Shown here piece by piece: positions 37,080 through 49,011 of a stretch of 64,000 bases of DNA. The stretch lies in assembly GCF_964213995.1 (NCBI RefSeq), contig NC_135816.1:18104001-18168000 (forward strand). Direction: 5' to 3'. The notes under the pieces were generated by a model. It was given only the letters and a program-made list of their open reading frames with translations. It did no database searches and was not told the origin of the DNA. Position 1 is the stretch's first letter. Each line of letters starts with the position of its first letter. A program made the position numbers and the translations under genes. The DNA is from Mustelus asterias. Its lineage: Eukaryota.

Positions 37080-37421
37080 AGAAGTTTAACAACACCAGGT
37101 TAAAGTCCAACAGGTTTATTTGGTAGCAAAAGCCACACAAGCTTTCGAAGCTCTAAGCCCCTTCTTCAGGTGAGTGGGAATTCTGTTCACAAACAGAGTT
37201 TATAAAGACACAGACTCAATTTACATGAATAATGGTTGGAATGCGAATACTTACAACTAATCAAGTCTTTAAGAAACAAAACAATGGGAGTGGAGAGAGC
37301 ATCAAGACAGGCTAAAAAGATGTGTATTGTCTCCAGACAAGACAGCCAGTGAAACTCTGCAGGTCCACGCAACTGTGGGCGTTACAAATAGTGTGACATG
37401 AACCCAATATCCCGGTTGAGG
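37080..37421 (-). mobile_element. PLE 3' fragment in ATOX1 intron 2
   Basis: Reverse complement of 50277-50618 (GLNRDIGFMSHY plus pLTR). ATCATTGTA is duplicated at 37071-37079 and 37422-37430. Confidence 0.85.
37136..37172 (-). ncRNA. Minimal type I hammerhead ribozyme motif (PLE-borne)
   Basis: CAC-CUGAAGA-A-GGGGCUUAGAGCUUC-GAA-AGCU-U-GUG: conserved core, stem II, palindromic stem III, CUU triplet and CAC/GUG stem I. Confidence 0.6.
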
Positions 37422-37562
37422 ATCATTGTACAGTACATTATGGTTCACTTGCCCCCCTAAGCCAATAGGAAAATTAGTACATACCACTTACACAATGCTG
37501 ATTTCTGCTTTTTGATTATTATATCGGTAGTATAAAATGATCTACCCTGTTTTTATTTGCAG

Positions 37563-37687
37563 ATGTGCAATTTGACATTGACCTTCCAAACAAAAAAATT
37601 TTAATTGAATGTAAGCACAGTGTGGAGACACTTACAGAATGCCTGAAAAAGACCGGAAAAGATGTACAATACGTTGGAGAAAAGTAG
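37563..37687 (+). CDS. ATOX1: ATOX1 coding exon 3 (DVQFDIDLPNKKILIECKHSVETLTECLKKTGKDVQYVGEK*)
   Basis: TTTATTTGCAG acceptor in phase 1, matching exon 2. DIDLPNKK and LKKTGK motifs, TAG at 37685-37687. Total CDS 6+76+125=207 nt. Confidence 0.97.
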
Positions 37688-40600
37688 AACACATCTGGTA
37701 ATCGGTGTAAACAGAAAAGGTAACTACATACCACTGGAAGAATTCTGCAACGCACAGAACCTATGCTCTGCCAATGTTTCTGCACAAATACTCAGTGCTT
37801 AGAATATCTATCCAGCTGTCTTTGGACTTTGAAACCAGTATTTTCACATCTTGTGTCTTTAAAAGCTATTGTTACAATCTCCAAAAAGAGATTGATAAGA
37901 TTTAAGAATAAATCAGAACTTCCAGTGTAACAAATGATTAAAAGCACTATCGACTAAACACTAATTATGCTTTAAACTACAGAGCAGAGCAATCCCCCTT
38001 TTATATGTATCATGTATCACACACTCAACCGAATTACAATCCTTAAAGCAAGCAGCCCACAGTTCCCCTCAGCTTCCAATGGGTTCCTGTAGTTTTGCTG
38101 AGTAGTAACTTAAAGTGACAGTCTCCGTGTCTCCAGCCACTTGCCTCAGTTTTCAGTTTTTCTTAAATCCACCTCCAGCATAAAACCTGGTCCAATGATT
38201 CTTCCTCTCCCAATCATGCTAGAACAAATCTCAGGGAATCTTTAGAAGGCTGGGGGCAGCTCCCGACTACGTTCAGCTGTGGTAGCTCGCAAAGCCAAGC
38301 AGCCTTTCTCTGTCTATGATATTCATTAATTTGTAGGGTAGCCTGTAACCTGATCTCAAAAATGGCTTCCTCTGCCACCCTCCCCATGGCAATGTGAAAC
38401 ACGTTAACTTTGCTTATATCTAGGTAAAATGGTAATTAGCTATCTTTGACCCCCCCCAAGCTCCCTCTCATCTTGGAAGTAAATGGACGATTTACATCCT
38501 GACCTATAACATTTTCCTTGGACTTTGGAAGACTCGTTGCAAAATCAGACTGCTGTCATTTTCTCCAAGCGTAAATACCTTGCACCATCTTCTCAGTAAA
38601 ACAATCTAATCCTTCCTTTGATCGCTTACAATCAAACCATCCAGCCTTTCTGTCAGGCATACTTCAGAACAGGTCACGTTAAACCTTCTTTTAACCTAAA
38701 CTTAAAGTTACAGTCCCAAAATATAATCTTATAACCCTTATAGTTATAATTCCATGCCTTTTATAGGAGTTCTTTAGTGAAACATTGAAAGTGGGGAAAG
38801 CAGAATTGGGTTCATTGATAAGTAAATAAAATGACGTATACTTTTGCAAAACAAAAGTGACTTGGATCAAGTATGAGATCAAGTGTAATACCTGCTTTTG
38901 TCAGCTGGGATCTAGTGTGTCTCTTGCAGGGACCATGAATTGGATTCAATTTGAATATGAATTGTTTTTGGTGGATTTAAGAGCTTGCCCTGTCCACTCT
39001 GCATTGGTTTTGTAATTCTGAGAAAGGAATAACATTTTAAAAGAAGCTAGAAGGAGGTTTAAAGCAGTGTGAATTTCTAGCTTTCAAGTGTCTGTAGGGA
39101 GTTATTTATATTGTATGATTAACTCCAGGGCAGAACTTTGTGAGGTGAAACACTTGCTCAAATCAGCATCACTATCAAGAGCATACATCACGTAATCTTT
39201 CCAGATAATGCTCACTCACAAAAGCCTCTGTTATCTCAACTTGCTTGTATAAACTCTAGGTCACATTTCAAATGATAGTGCTGCTGTTGATGACAACTGC
39301 TTTCGCTCTTGTTTTGTTTTAACCTACCATTCTGCATAAAGGTAACCACTGTTTAAGAGTCAATCTTGTGGGTGAAGTTTGGAAGCTTGTTTAATATTGT
39401 GCAGTCTCCTGGCTCAGCTCAGTCTTGTCTGTGGTGTTTATCATTCTTATTCTACCTAGCCTAGGGCTCCTAATGCTTTTGCACTGCTCACCTAATTTAG
39501 CGAGCAAGTGAATTTTTTTAAATGTGAAAAGAGTTGAGATTTCTGCTGCTTTTTATTTTAAAACTCAAGCTTGTGGTTGTTCAAGGTCTGTACAATGTGG
39601 ATGTTACCTGGTTATTTAACTGATAGTGAAGGGAGAGCTTACCTAAAGATTATAAGAATCTTTTTTCCCAGTTACGTAAGTGCTTGAGACAGACTCTTAT
39701 CACAAGTGGCTAATTCCAAGTTCATTAATTGCGATAAACTGTTGCATTAGGTTAATAGCCTGGAATTTTTTAATTTGTTTGTCTTGGATCTGTTACACAT
39801 TGTGTTTGACTTTAGGGATGAAGTTCAGGACAATCTGTCACAGTGCAGTTCTATTTGGGCTCTTAGAAGGAGTGAACAAATGGAGGCTTCCCTTCTGTGG
39901 AAAGACCCTGAAGGTGACCGCATGCCTGACACTGTATGTCAAATTCAAACAGCTGAACTAAACTATATCACTTAATCATAGGTAGCCTTACCACATTCCA
40001 TACTGACTGAGCCCATGACATTTAGCAGAGTGTTAATTAATGTGTGTTCTTCAATAAGGAGCTGTATCTGGTTCATGAAATCAAATGTTATAAAGATGTT
40101 ATCAGGCAAGGCATTGCATGTGGGCAGATGGCCACAACTGATACTTTAGCCCAACAAACCTGGAAATGTTAAGTGCTTCGCCTTATGCAAACTTTTGCTA
40201 ATTATTGCCTGTGTGTGTTTTTGACTTGTACGTGTTTTCTTGCACAAGTATTTCTTATATTACGCACCAGTCTTGGAGAAATAAATGGTCCTTGTAGTGC
40301 AGGAGGGGAATAGAATACTATGGAACCCAACCAGTCTGTGGCTATGACTGCTCCTACCCCAGTTCATCACATTATTCTTCTCGTTTTAATTTCCTTCCAC
40401 CCATTAACTCTGCACTCCCAAACCATTCTCCAACCGAAAACCCATTGCAGGCTTAAATTCAATGCCAGGAGGCACAGCAGAATGAAGAACTGAAAGTCCA
40501 TCTCTGATTTCCTTTTGCCTCTGGGCCTTCATTGCTGTTAACTGGTAAGGAAATCTGTTCTGTGCCACGAAATGAGCTCCTGCGAAATAAGGTTTTTTGA

Positions 40601-40861
40601 AAGATAAGGGCAGGAAATATTGTTGCAAATCGTGTAAACATAATTGCGGTTTTTAAGGTCCAGTTCACCTGAAGAATTATATCTCGCTTTCAGAAAGATT
40701 AGGACACGTTATACTGTGTGTTACATTGAGAATTTCTCGATTTCTAATTCTTTTGGAAGTTGCAGAGGTGTGGGACACCACGAGGACATCTAACCCTGTA
40801 ACATCAAATTATGCAACTTCGTCAGGCATTGGATAGACCACAAACTGTTTGTGCTTGAGAA

Positions 40862-41038
40862 CAGTAAGAAGTCTCACAACACCAGGTTAAAGTCCAACAG
40901 GTTTATTTGGTAGCAAATACCATAAGCTTTCGGAGCGCTGCCCCTTCGTCAGATGGAGTGGTTATCTGTTCTCAAACAGTGCAAACAGACACAGAAATCA
41001 AATTACAGAATACTGATTAGAATACTGATTCCACATCA
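40862..41038 (-). mobile_element. PLE terminal fragment
   Basis: Shares AACACCAGGTTAAAGTCCAACAGGTTTATTTGGTAGCAAA with the other PLE copies. TGTGCTTGAGAA is duplicated at 40850-40861 and 41039-41050. Confidence 0.8.
40920..40956 (-). ncRNA. Minimal type I hammerhead ribozyme motif (PLE-borne)
   Basis: CCAU-CUGACGA-A-GGGGCAGCGCUCC-GAA-AGCU-U-AUGG: intact core with a 4-bp stem I. Confidence 0.65.
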
Positions 41039-42529
41039 TGTGCTTGAGAATGCCATATAGAAAGCAAAATTTTGAATTCAATGTTGATGTTTCCAGGTCA
41101 AATACAGCTTCTTCTGCACTGCCGTGGCGAGGTATTTAATTGCAGCCTCAGATAGACTGCACCATCTTTGTTCCCCACAAACCATCCCTGCAGCGCCCCC
41201 CCACCACCACACTCTCAAACACTTTCAAACACCCGTCAGAAGCTGACATCCGAGGTGAAAGCGTTTGCAAATGTAAGTGGTGAAAGATTATTTTCATTGG
41301 TGAATTCTGAGAAACAACAATAACTTGCATTTATATAGCATCTATGCCACAGCAAAATGTCTAATGCACTTGATACTGTTATCAAATAAAATTTGACACT
41401 AAAGCATCTAAGCATTAATCAAGACAAGTGCCCAAAGCTTGGCCAGTGCTAGTTTTTAATGAGCATCATAAGAAGCAAAGAGAGAGGTTTGGGGAGGGAA
41501 TTCCAGAGTTTTGAGCTTGAGCAGCCAAAGTTGCAAATGGTCTGGTTCAACTTCAGACAGTTGAAAGAGAGAGGGACCACAGAATTGTTTCAGCCTGTTG
41601 TGTCTGCCTTGGCTTTCAGATGAGCAACCCATCTACTGCCCTTCTCTCCATAAACATTTTCAAATAATAATCCAACTTCCTCTCGAATGCCTCAGTTGAC
41701 TCTGCTTCCTCCACACACTCCGGCAGCGCATTCCAGATTCTAACCATTCTTTGCGTGAAACAATTCATTCTCTTGACTCCATTGCTTCTTTTGCCAATTA
41801 TCTTAAATCTGTGTCCTCTCGTTCTCAATCCTTCCACCACTTCTTTCCCTGCCCACTCTGTCCTGACCCTCCATGATTTTGAATTTCTCTATCAAACCTC
41901 CTGTCCTCGGAAAACAGTCCCAACGTTGCCAAGTCAGTGGCAGAGTTGGTCACAGGGATTGAGGACAATGGCTTCAGTATTTAGTTAGAGCAAATGTAAG
42001 AAAAGCAGCATGACAAATCTGAGGCGTTGAATTGGTCAAGAGAGGTTGTGGTGAGGTGGAGCTGGCTATCATCATGTGTGGGCATTTATTTCATACAAGA
42101 GTATGATATTTTTTAATTAATCCGCTGGATGCACAATGCTAGGTAGAGCACTTTAATTGTTTGTTCTTTGTTGCCATGGGAAAGTAATAGGCCATCATTG
42201 TGATTTGTTGGATGCCTGAAAATCTTGCTAGGTCGCATAGTGCGGGCAGGACTGGTTAGGTTTCCTTCCTGAAGGGTAATAATTAACCAGTGAGGTATTT
42301 TTGAAGGCACTCTGGCAACTTTAATGGTCTCTTTTGTTTTTGTTATTAGTCTGCCTATTTACTGGATTTCATAAATTTAGTTTCACGGTTTCCCTTGGCG
42401 AAGTTTGAGCTTGTAACCTGAGATGCTAACTCACTGCAGTACCACACGTGCTATTGAAAGCAAGTCAAACGTAACATTTCAGAGGGGGTTAGATGAGTAA
42501 TTAAAGAAAAATATGTCAAGAGGTGGAGC

Positions 42530-42848
42530 AAAAGTAGCACAATGGTGAGCACGGCTGCCTCACAACGCCAGGGACCCGGGTTCAATTCCGGCCTTGGGCA
42601 CTGTCTGTATGCAGTTTGCACATTCTCCCCGTGTCTGCATAGATATTGTCCGGTTTGCTCCAGTTTCCTCCCACACTCCAAAGATGTGCAGGTTAGATGG
42701 ATTGGCCATGCTAAATTGCCCCTTAGTGTCAGGGGGACTAGCAGGGTAAATATTTGGGGTTATGTGGATAAGGACTGGGTGGGAATGTGGTTGGTGAAGG
42801 AAGACTCGATGGGCCAAATGGTCTCCTTCTGCACTGTAGGGATTCTAT
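42530..42848 (+). mobile_element. HE1-type V-SINE
   Basis: Head, V-domain and GGGATTCTAT tail. Confidence 0.85.
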
Positions 42849-43117
42849 CAAAAGCAAAGATTTGGATCAGGACAGACAGCGATGTGTGAATTTGCAGTGG
42901 GGTTGGCAGAACTGGCTGAAGCATCTCCTGTGCTGAAATTCTGCTGAATTCAGCCCCATATTAAAGGACAATAATGCCGCCTGGATCCCCTTTCAGATCA
43001 AAGTGCCTGACTGCACAGCTGTAAGGTGCTTCTGCTCACTTGCTGCTTTCTCAGTCGTTTTAAATCACACTGTTCAAATACACTTTGTAATAGCGATGAA
43101 ATTTCCTTCCCTTTCAG

Positions 43118-43395
43118 AATCAGCAACCTGATGGGTGAATTCAAAGAGCTATTTTGACAGTCGAATCAATGGAACCAAATTACAGAGCAGTAACAGCTGG
43201 ATTTTTTTGTGAAGATAATGAAAAGTTTTAACTCCAATAATTATTAGCCACTCTTTGAATGGGGGACACAAGTGCTTTTCATGTCGTTGTTTGGATGGCT
43301 GCCTCCATGCAAATGCCTTCATTTATAAATGTTTAAAATGTATCTATAATTATGTGCATTTACACAATAAATAAATGTCTGTCTTAATGACTCCA
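43118..43395 (+). other. ATOX1: Probable non-coding terminal exon (3' UTR) of ATOX1
   Basis: Donor AAAG|GTAACT at 37719/37720, acceptor TTTCCTTCCCTTTCAG ending at 43117, and overlapping AATAAATAAA at 43366-43375. Human ATOX1 also has a non-coding last exon. Confidence 0.5.
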
Positions 43396-44101
43396 TAAGC
43401 AGTTGCTTTCAGCCTTTTCCCTCCTTGCATTAGTTACATATTTAATTAGTAAGGTTGCTGCAGTTCTGAGTGTTCTGTAACTAGAGACATGGCAACATGT
43501 TGATTCTGTGTTGCCCACCCGATGACCTGATCAACAAGTTTATACTTGAAATCGGTTCTGATGACATGTTAAACTCTTTACAGATGCTGACTGAACTGTG
43601 TATTTTGGTTTTCGATAAATTTTCTATGATTTTTTTTTAAAAATTGACTAGAATAGTGTACACTACAAATTTGATAATGCCTAGAAAACTCACTAGAATT
43701 CTCTGGGTTGACTAAACAGCACTGCTGAAGCAGGGGACGAATGAATGTGTATTCACTTTGATGGAGAGTTATTAACTGCTGGGTGGGGTAAGGATCACGA
43801 AGTGCACTCGTGTGGTATTTGGGATGATGTAGTCATCACAAACTGCACCCCTGCAGACGATGGGAACCTGGAGTTTCCCCTGCATTTGCACATGGATGCA
43901 CATGTAAACTGGGTATAATCAAATGGTGATGTAAAAATTTGGGGAAGAGAAAGTTGTGTGCATAACTTTTATACGCAAAATTCTCCTCTCAGTTTGCACT
44001 GAACATGCCTTGCGCTTCAGCTTCCTTGCGTTTTTGTCTGGTTTAGCCAAATTTGGTGAATTCTCTACCCCATTTTATTTAACCCTATGCTGATAAATTG
44101 A

Positions 44102-45865
44102 CCATAAGACTTCGGAGATGAATTAGGCCACTTGGCCCATTGAGTCTGCTCCACCATTCAATCATGGCTGATACTTTTCTCATCCTCATTCTGCCTTTCC
44201 CCACATCCTGATCCCCTTATTAATCAAGGATCTATCTCTGTCTTAAAGACACTCAATGACCTGGCCTCCACAGCCTTCTGCGACAAAGATTTCCACAGAT
44301 TCACCACTCTCTGGCTGAAGAAATTCCTCCTCATCTCTGTTTTAAATGATTGTCCTTTTAGCCCGAGGTTGTGCTCTCTGGTTCTAGTTTTTCCTACCAG
44401 TGGAAATATCCTCTCCAAGTCCACTCTATCCAGGCCCTTGCAGTATCTTGTAAGTTTCTATAAGATCCCCCCTCATCCTTCTAAACTCCCAACGAGTACA
44501 GACCCAGAGTCAACCATTCCTCATACAACAAGCAGCAGCAACCGCAGTAACTATTTAGTTCCTCTGCCATTTCTTTGTTTCCTGTTATTAATTCTCCAGC
44601 CTCTCTTTCTAATGGTCCAATGTCTATTTTTGCTTCTCTTACCTTCTATATATTGAAAAAAACTCTTCCTATCTTCTTTAATATTACTAGTTAGCTTACA
44701 CTCATATTTCATCTCCCCCCTTATTGCTTTTTTAGTTGTCCTCTGCTCGCTTTTAAAGGCTTCCCAATCCTCTGGCTTCCCACAAATCCTCACCACTTTG
44801 TGTGCTTTTTCTTTTGCTTTTATGCTGTCCTTGACTTCCCTCGTCACCCATGGATGCCTCGTCCTCCCCTCAGCATGTTTCTTCCTCTTTGGGATGAATT
44901 TCTGGTGTGCCTGCTGAATAATCCCCCAAAACTCCTGCCATTGCTGTTCCACTGTCTTCCCTGCTAGGCTCCCTTTCCAATCAACTCTGGCCAGCTCCTC
45001 CCTCCTGTCTTTGTAGTTACCTTTATTTAATTCTAATACCGTTACATCTGATTCCAGCTTCTCCTCCTCAAACTGCAGGGTAAATTCTATCATATTGTGG
45101 TCACCGCTCCCTAAGGGTTCCTTCACCTTAAATTCCCTACTCACGTCTGCCTCATTACACATCACCAAATCCAGAATTGCCTGTTCCCTACCAGTAGGCT
45201 CTGTCACAAGCTGCTCTAAAAAAACATCTCTTAGACATTCCACAAATTCCTTTTCTTGGGATTCACTACCTACCTGATTTTCCCAGTCCACCTGCATATT
45301 GAAGTCCCCCAATATTATTGTAATATTGCCTTTTTTATGTGCTTTTTCTATCTCTTGATTAATTTTCTGCCCTACATCCTGACTACTGCTAGGGGGCCTG
45401 TACATAACTCCCATCAGGATCTTTTTCGATCCTTTGCGATTCCTCAACTTCAGCCACAGAGATTCTATGCCTTCTGATCCTATATCGCTTGCTATCGAGT
45501 TAACTTAATTCCTTACTAACAATGCAACCCTACCCTCTTTGCCAATCTGCCTGTCCTTTTGACAGGACACATATCCTTGGATATTTAGATCTCAGCCCTG
45601 ATCCCCTTGCAGCCACGTTTCTGTGATGCCCACAACATCTTACTGGCCAATTTCAATGTGCGCAACAAGCTCATTTACCTTGTTCTGTATACTGTGCCAT
45701 TTAGGTACAACACCCTCAGTCCTGCATTGACCACCTCCCTTCTCATACTTATCACCTTTTTCGCTCTGCTTGAGGTTAGATTTCTGCCACCTTCTATACT
45801 CTCTGTTCTATTACGTGGTCTGGAAACTTTACTAACCTTTCCTGAGCCCTCGGCTCCTTTAACCT
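44102..45865 (-). mobile_element. CR1 LINE with AP-endonuclease region joined to the 3' end (RT deleted)
   Basis: ORF 44551-45447 contains GVMYRPP, ILGDFN, ILDLV and GSGDHNMIEF. Junction to the 3' terminal segment at ~44530-44550. Confidence 0.85.
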
Positions 45866-47545
45866 AAATTGGTTTCCTTGCAGACCATACTTGTGTAATT
45901 ATGTGAAATCTGTGTGTAATGTGGAGGAACTGTACTGTAATTCTCCAACTGTTTATAATGTGGGCATTTATGGTTAAAATCAAAAAATATATAAAACATC
46001 AGAAAAGAATTGTAGTCTGCATCATTTTCTCTCTACCAAATATTTTTGTAATAATAGTTACCAAAAGTGTAATGTTTAAATTCAGTTCTCTCAAGAATAT
46101 CCCTGCAAACGTGAACAATCTTTCTAGAATGTGATACAGTTTATGATGCTCTTTTGATATTTGTGTATTAAAAAAGATAAATGCAGCCAGCGTATTATTT
46201 AAAATACACGAGAATAAGAAGAACCACTTTTGAGTAATTGCCACCGAGTCTTGAGAAGAATGGGCCTGTGTTCTCTGGAATTTGGAAGAATGTGAGGTAA
46301 TCTCATTGAAATGTACGACTTGCTTAGAGGGCTTAACAGGATACATGCCGAAAAGCTGTTTCTATTTCCCCTCCATTGGAGAGCCTGGAACCCAGGATCA
46401 TAGTCTCAGAATAAGGGATCAGTCATTTAGGACCCAAGTCAGAAATTTCTTCATCGTCTTGTGACTCTTTGGAATTCTCTCCCAGAGGGCTAAGCTTGAT
46501 GGTCACTAACGGAATCATCGGATATGCAAATTGGATGGAAGATTTGGCCCAAAACAAATCGGATATGATCTATTGAATGGTGACAGATCAGAGTTGAGGT
46601 GCCATGCGTCCTACTACTACTAGTGTGTCTTTACACACTATTCCCTTCAGCTGTATCAATTCATTTTACTTGCAGACTGTGGTCATAGGGGTATACAACC
46701 TGCTTGCTTTTGAAGTTGGCTGAAAGAAAAGTGCTTCACCTTGTTCTGATTCTTTTCACAAAAGAAATTTTTTTTACTATCCATGGTTTTCCCTTGAGTT
46801 TACGTTTTTGATAACTTTCGGTTGAGATTGTAAGCGGCCAGTTCATGGCATGCTCATGAATGGTCAGTTTTGCTGCTCGTAACAAAATGAAATTAGTCTC
46901 TTTTGGAAGCCACAGCATGCTAGCCGGTGAGGCTTTTCAGCTAATAGTGATGCCTTTAAAAACTTGAAGGCTGGGTTTCTCGAAACCTTCTCATGGAAAT
47001 ACATTGCTGCAGCTGTTTCGAATACAGAAATGCTGTTTTATAACTTAATTTTTAGAAATGTAACAGCCTGCAAATTTCAAGCTTCCGCACGTCATAACTG
47101 GTGAACCCCAATGATGCCCTGAGGCACACGCCCAGAGAATCTGCAGGTAAGGGTTGCTAGTGCAGTTGGAACCTTCCAAAAGTCTGATTTAAGTTGCAAA
47201 CTTCGAATGGTTCCTCCTGACCATAAGAAATAGGAACAGGGATAGGCCTTTGAGCCTGTTCTGGCATTCAATAAGATCACGCTGAGTGTTAGTGACCTAA
47301 CACCATGTCCACTTTTCTGCCTAATCTCCATAACCCTTAATTCCCCTACCGATTAAAAACCTATTGATCTCAACATTGGAAATATTCAAAGATTCAGCCT
47401 CCAAAACTTCCTGGAATAAAGAATTCCAAAGATTCACACTCTTACTCCAATCCATCTTAAATGGGCATATCCTTATTACGTGACTATGTCCTCTGGTCCT
47501 ACACCCTCCCATGAGTGGAAATGTCCAACATTTACCCTGTTTAAC

Positions 47546-48207
47546 TGTGATGTTACTGTACCTTTGAGTTTTTAAGTTTATGCTCACAACCTTAGGTGAT
47601 GTCATTGTTGGGAGGAGAAAAAAACTGGGCAGGTCAGGTGATAGGAGTTCAGTTTCAGTTTTGGGAGTTGGCGTGTTAGCAGCATCAAGCTGGAAGAGAA
47701 GTCTCTCCCTGATTTTTTTTTTCCTTTGGAAATTCTGTTGTTTTCCTGAAGGGTGAAAATCTGCTGGACCAGAGTTTCTCTTGTGTTTTGGGAAGCTGTC
47801 CTATCTTCAAACTGTTCCGAATGAATCCAGGAACCGCAGACTTCACCCAAAGGACTCAATTTCCATTATCACGTGAGCAGTAGTCTTTGCTGTAGGTAAT
47901 CTGTTTGAAGGGTCGTTTATGGAGGTTGGTTTGATTGGAACACATTAGATATCTTTGTTAAGGGTTATACATTATAGTGGTTGTTTCGTTTCTTTGTAAT
48001 TAATAAATGTTCATGTTAATTTTCTTACTTATTATACATGTTGACTATATTCTTAAATAAACTTTGATAAAAGCTCCCTCGTGGGTCATTTGACTCATAC
48101 CTGAAGTGAAGCCTGTCATGCTTGTCCTAGCCAAATTCAAGATGCAAAACTTATGATCTGGATGGGCTCCATAAAATACTTAGGAGTTTTTGACCTGAAC
48201 CATAACA
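47546..48207 (+). repeat. LTR copy 1
   Basis: TGTGATG...CATAACA with AATAAA. Followed by TGAGGGCTTGTCCAGGAT, a 15/18 match to the tRNA-Pro PBS TGGGGGCTCGTCCGGGAT. Confidence 0.9.
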
Positions 48208-48789
48208 ACTGAGGGCTTGTCCAGGATTAAAATCCATATTTCTTGATTGATTTGGGATTATTGAACTCAGACAGTGAGCGGTGAGCATATTGGTGTTTTC
48301 TTTTCATGTGTTGTACTCAGATTTAAATAGGGAGTGCCTTGTGGAATAATGGTTCTTTCAGAGTCTAAGAAGTTCTTGGGAGGTGGAAGAGATCACGCAA
48401 GGCAGTTTACAAAAGGGGACTAAGATTTTGGAATTGGCAAAACAGTGCAGTTGACATTGCCTGACAGTGTATGGAAAGGGAAGGTATTTGTGGTGATCGC
48501 TCAGCATTTAAAATTGCCAGAAACACAGTCAGAATCACTCAAAATGGTTAGAATTCAATTACAATTGAAACAGTTTGAATTACAACAAGATAAAATAAGT
48601 GAAACTGCTTGAGCTACAGATCAGGGAAAAAGAAAGGATAGCCCGAGCAGAACAAAAAGAGAAAGAAAGGATAACCCTAGCAGAACAAAAAGAAAGGAAA
48701 GAGAAAAATACAGAGATTTTGGATTTCAGAAACTGGCCATAAAATGGGAGCATCAGTTAAAATTGCCGGAGGTAAAGGGAAAAGTACAG

Positions 48790-49011
48790 TGTTATGGTTC
48801 AGTCAGAAACTCAAGTGTTTTATGAAGCCCGCCTGAATCATAAGTTTTGTATCCTGAATTTGGCTAGGATAAGCATGAGATGTTTCACTTCAGGTATGAT
48901 TCAAGTGACCCTTTAGGGAGCTTTCATCAAACCAAGTTTATTTAAGAATATAGTTAACATGTATAATATGAAAATTAGCAAGAACTTTTATCAATTACAA
49001 ACAAGAAACAA
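48790..49011 (-). repeat. Inverted 3' end of a third LTR copy
   Basis: Starts TGTTATGGTTCA, the reverse complement of the LTR terminus, and is homologous to the last ~220 bp of both LTRs. Confidence 0.85.

Noticed and set aside
37870-38711. Possible solo LTR (TGTTACA...GTTACA)
   Set aside because: No matching target-site duplication and no second copy in the window.
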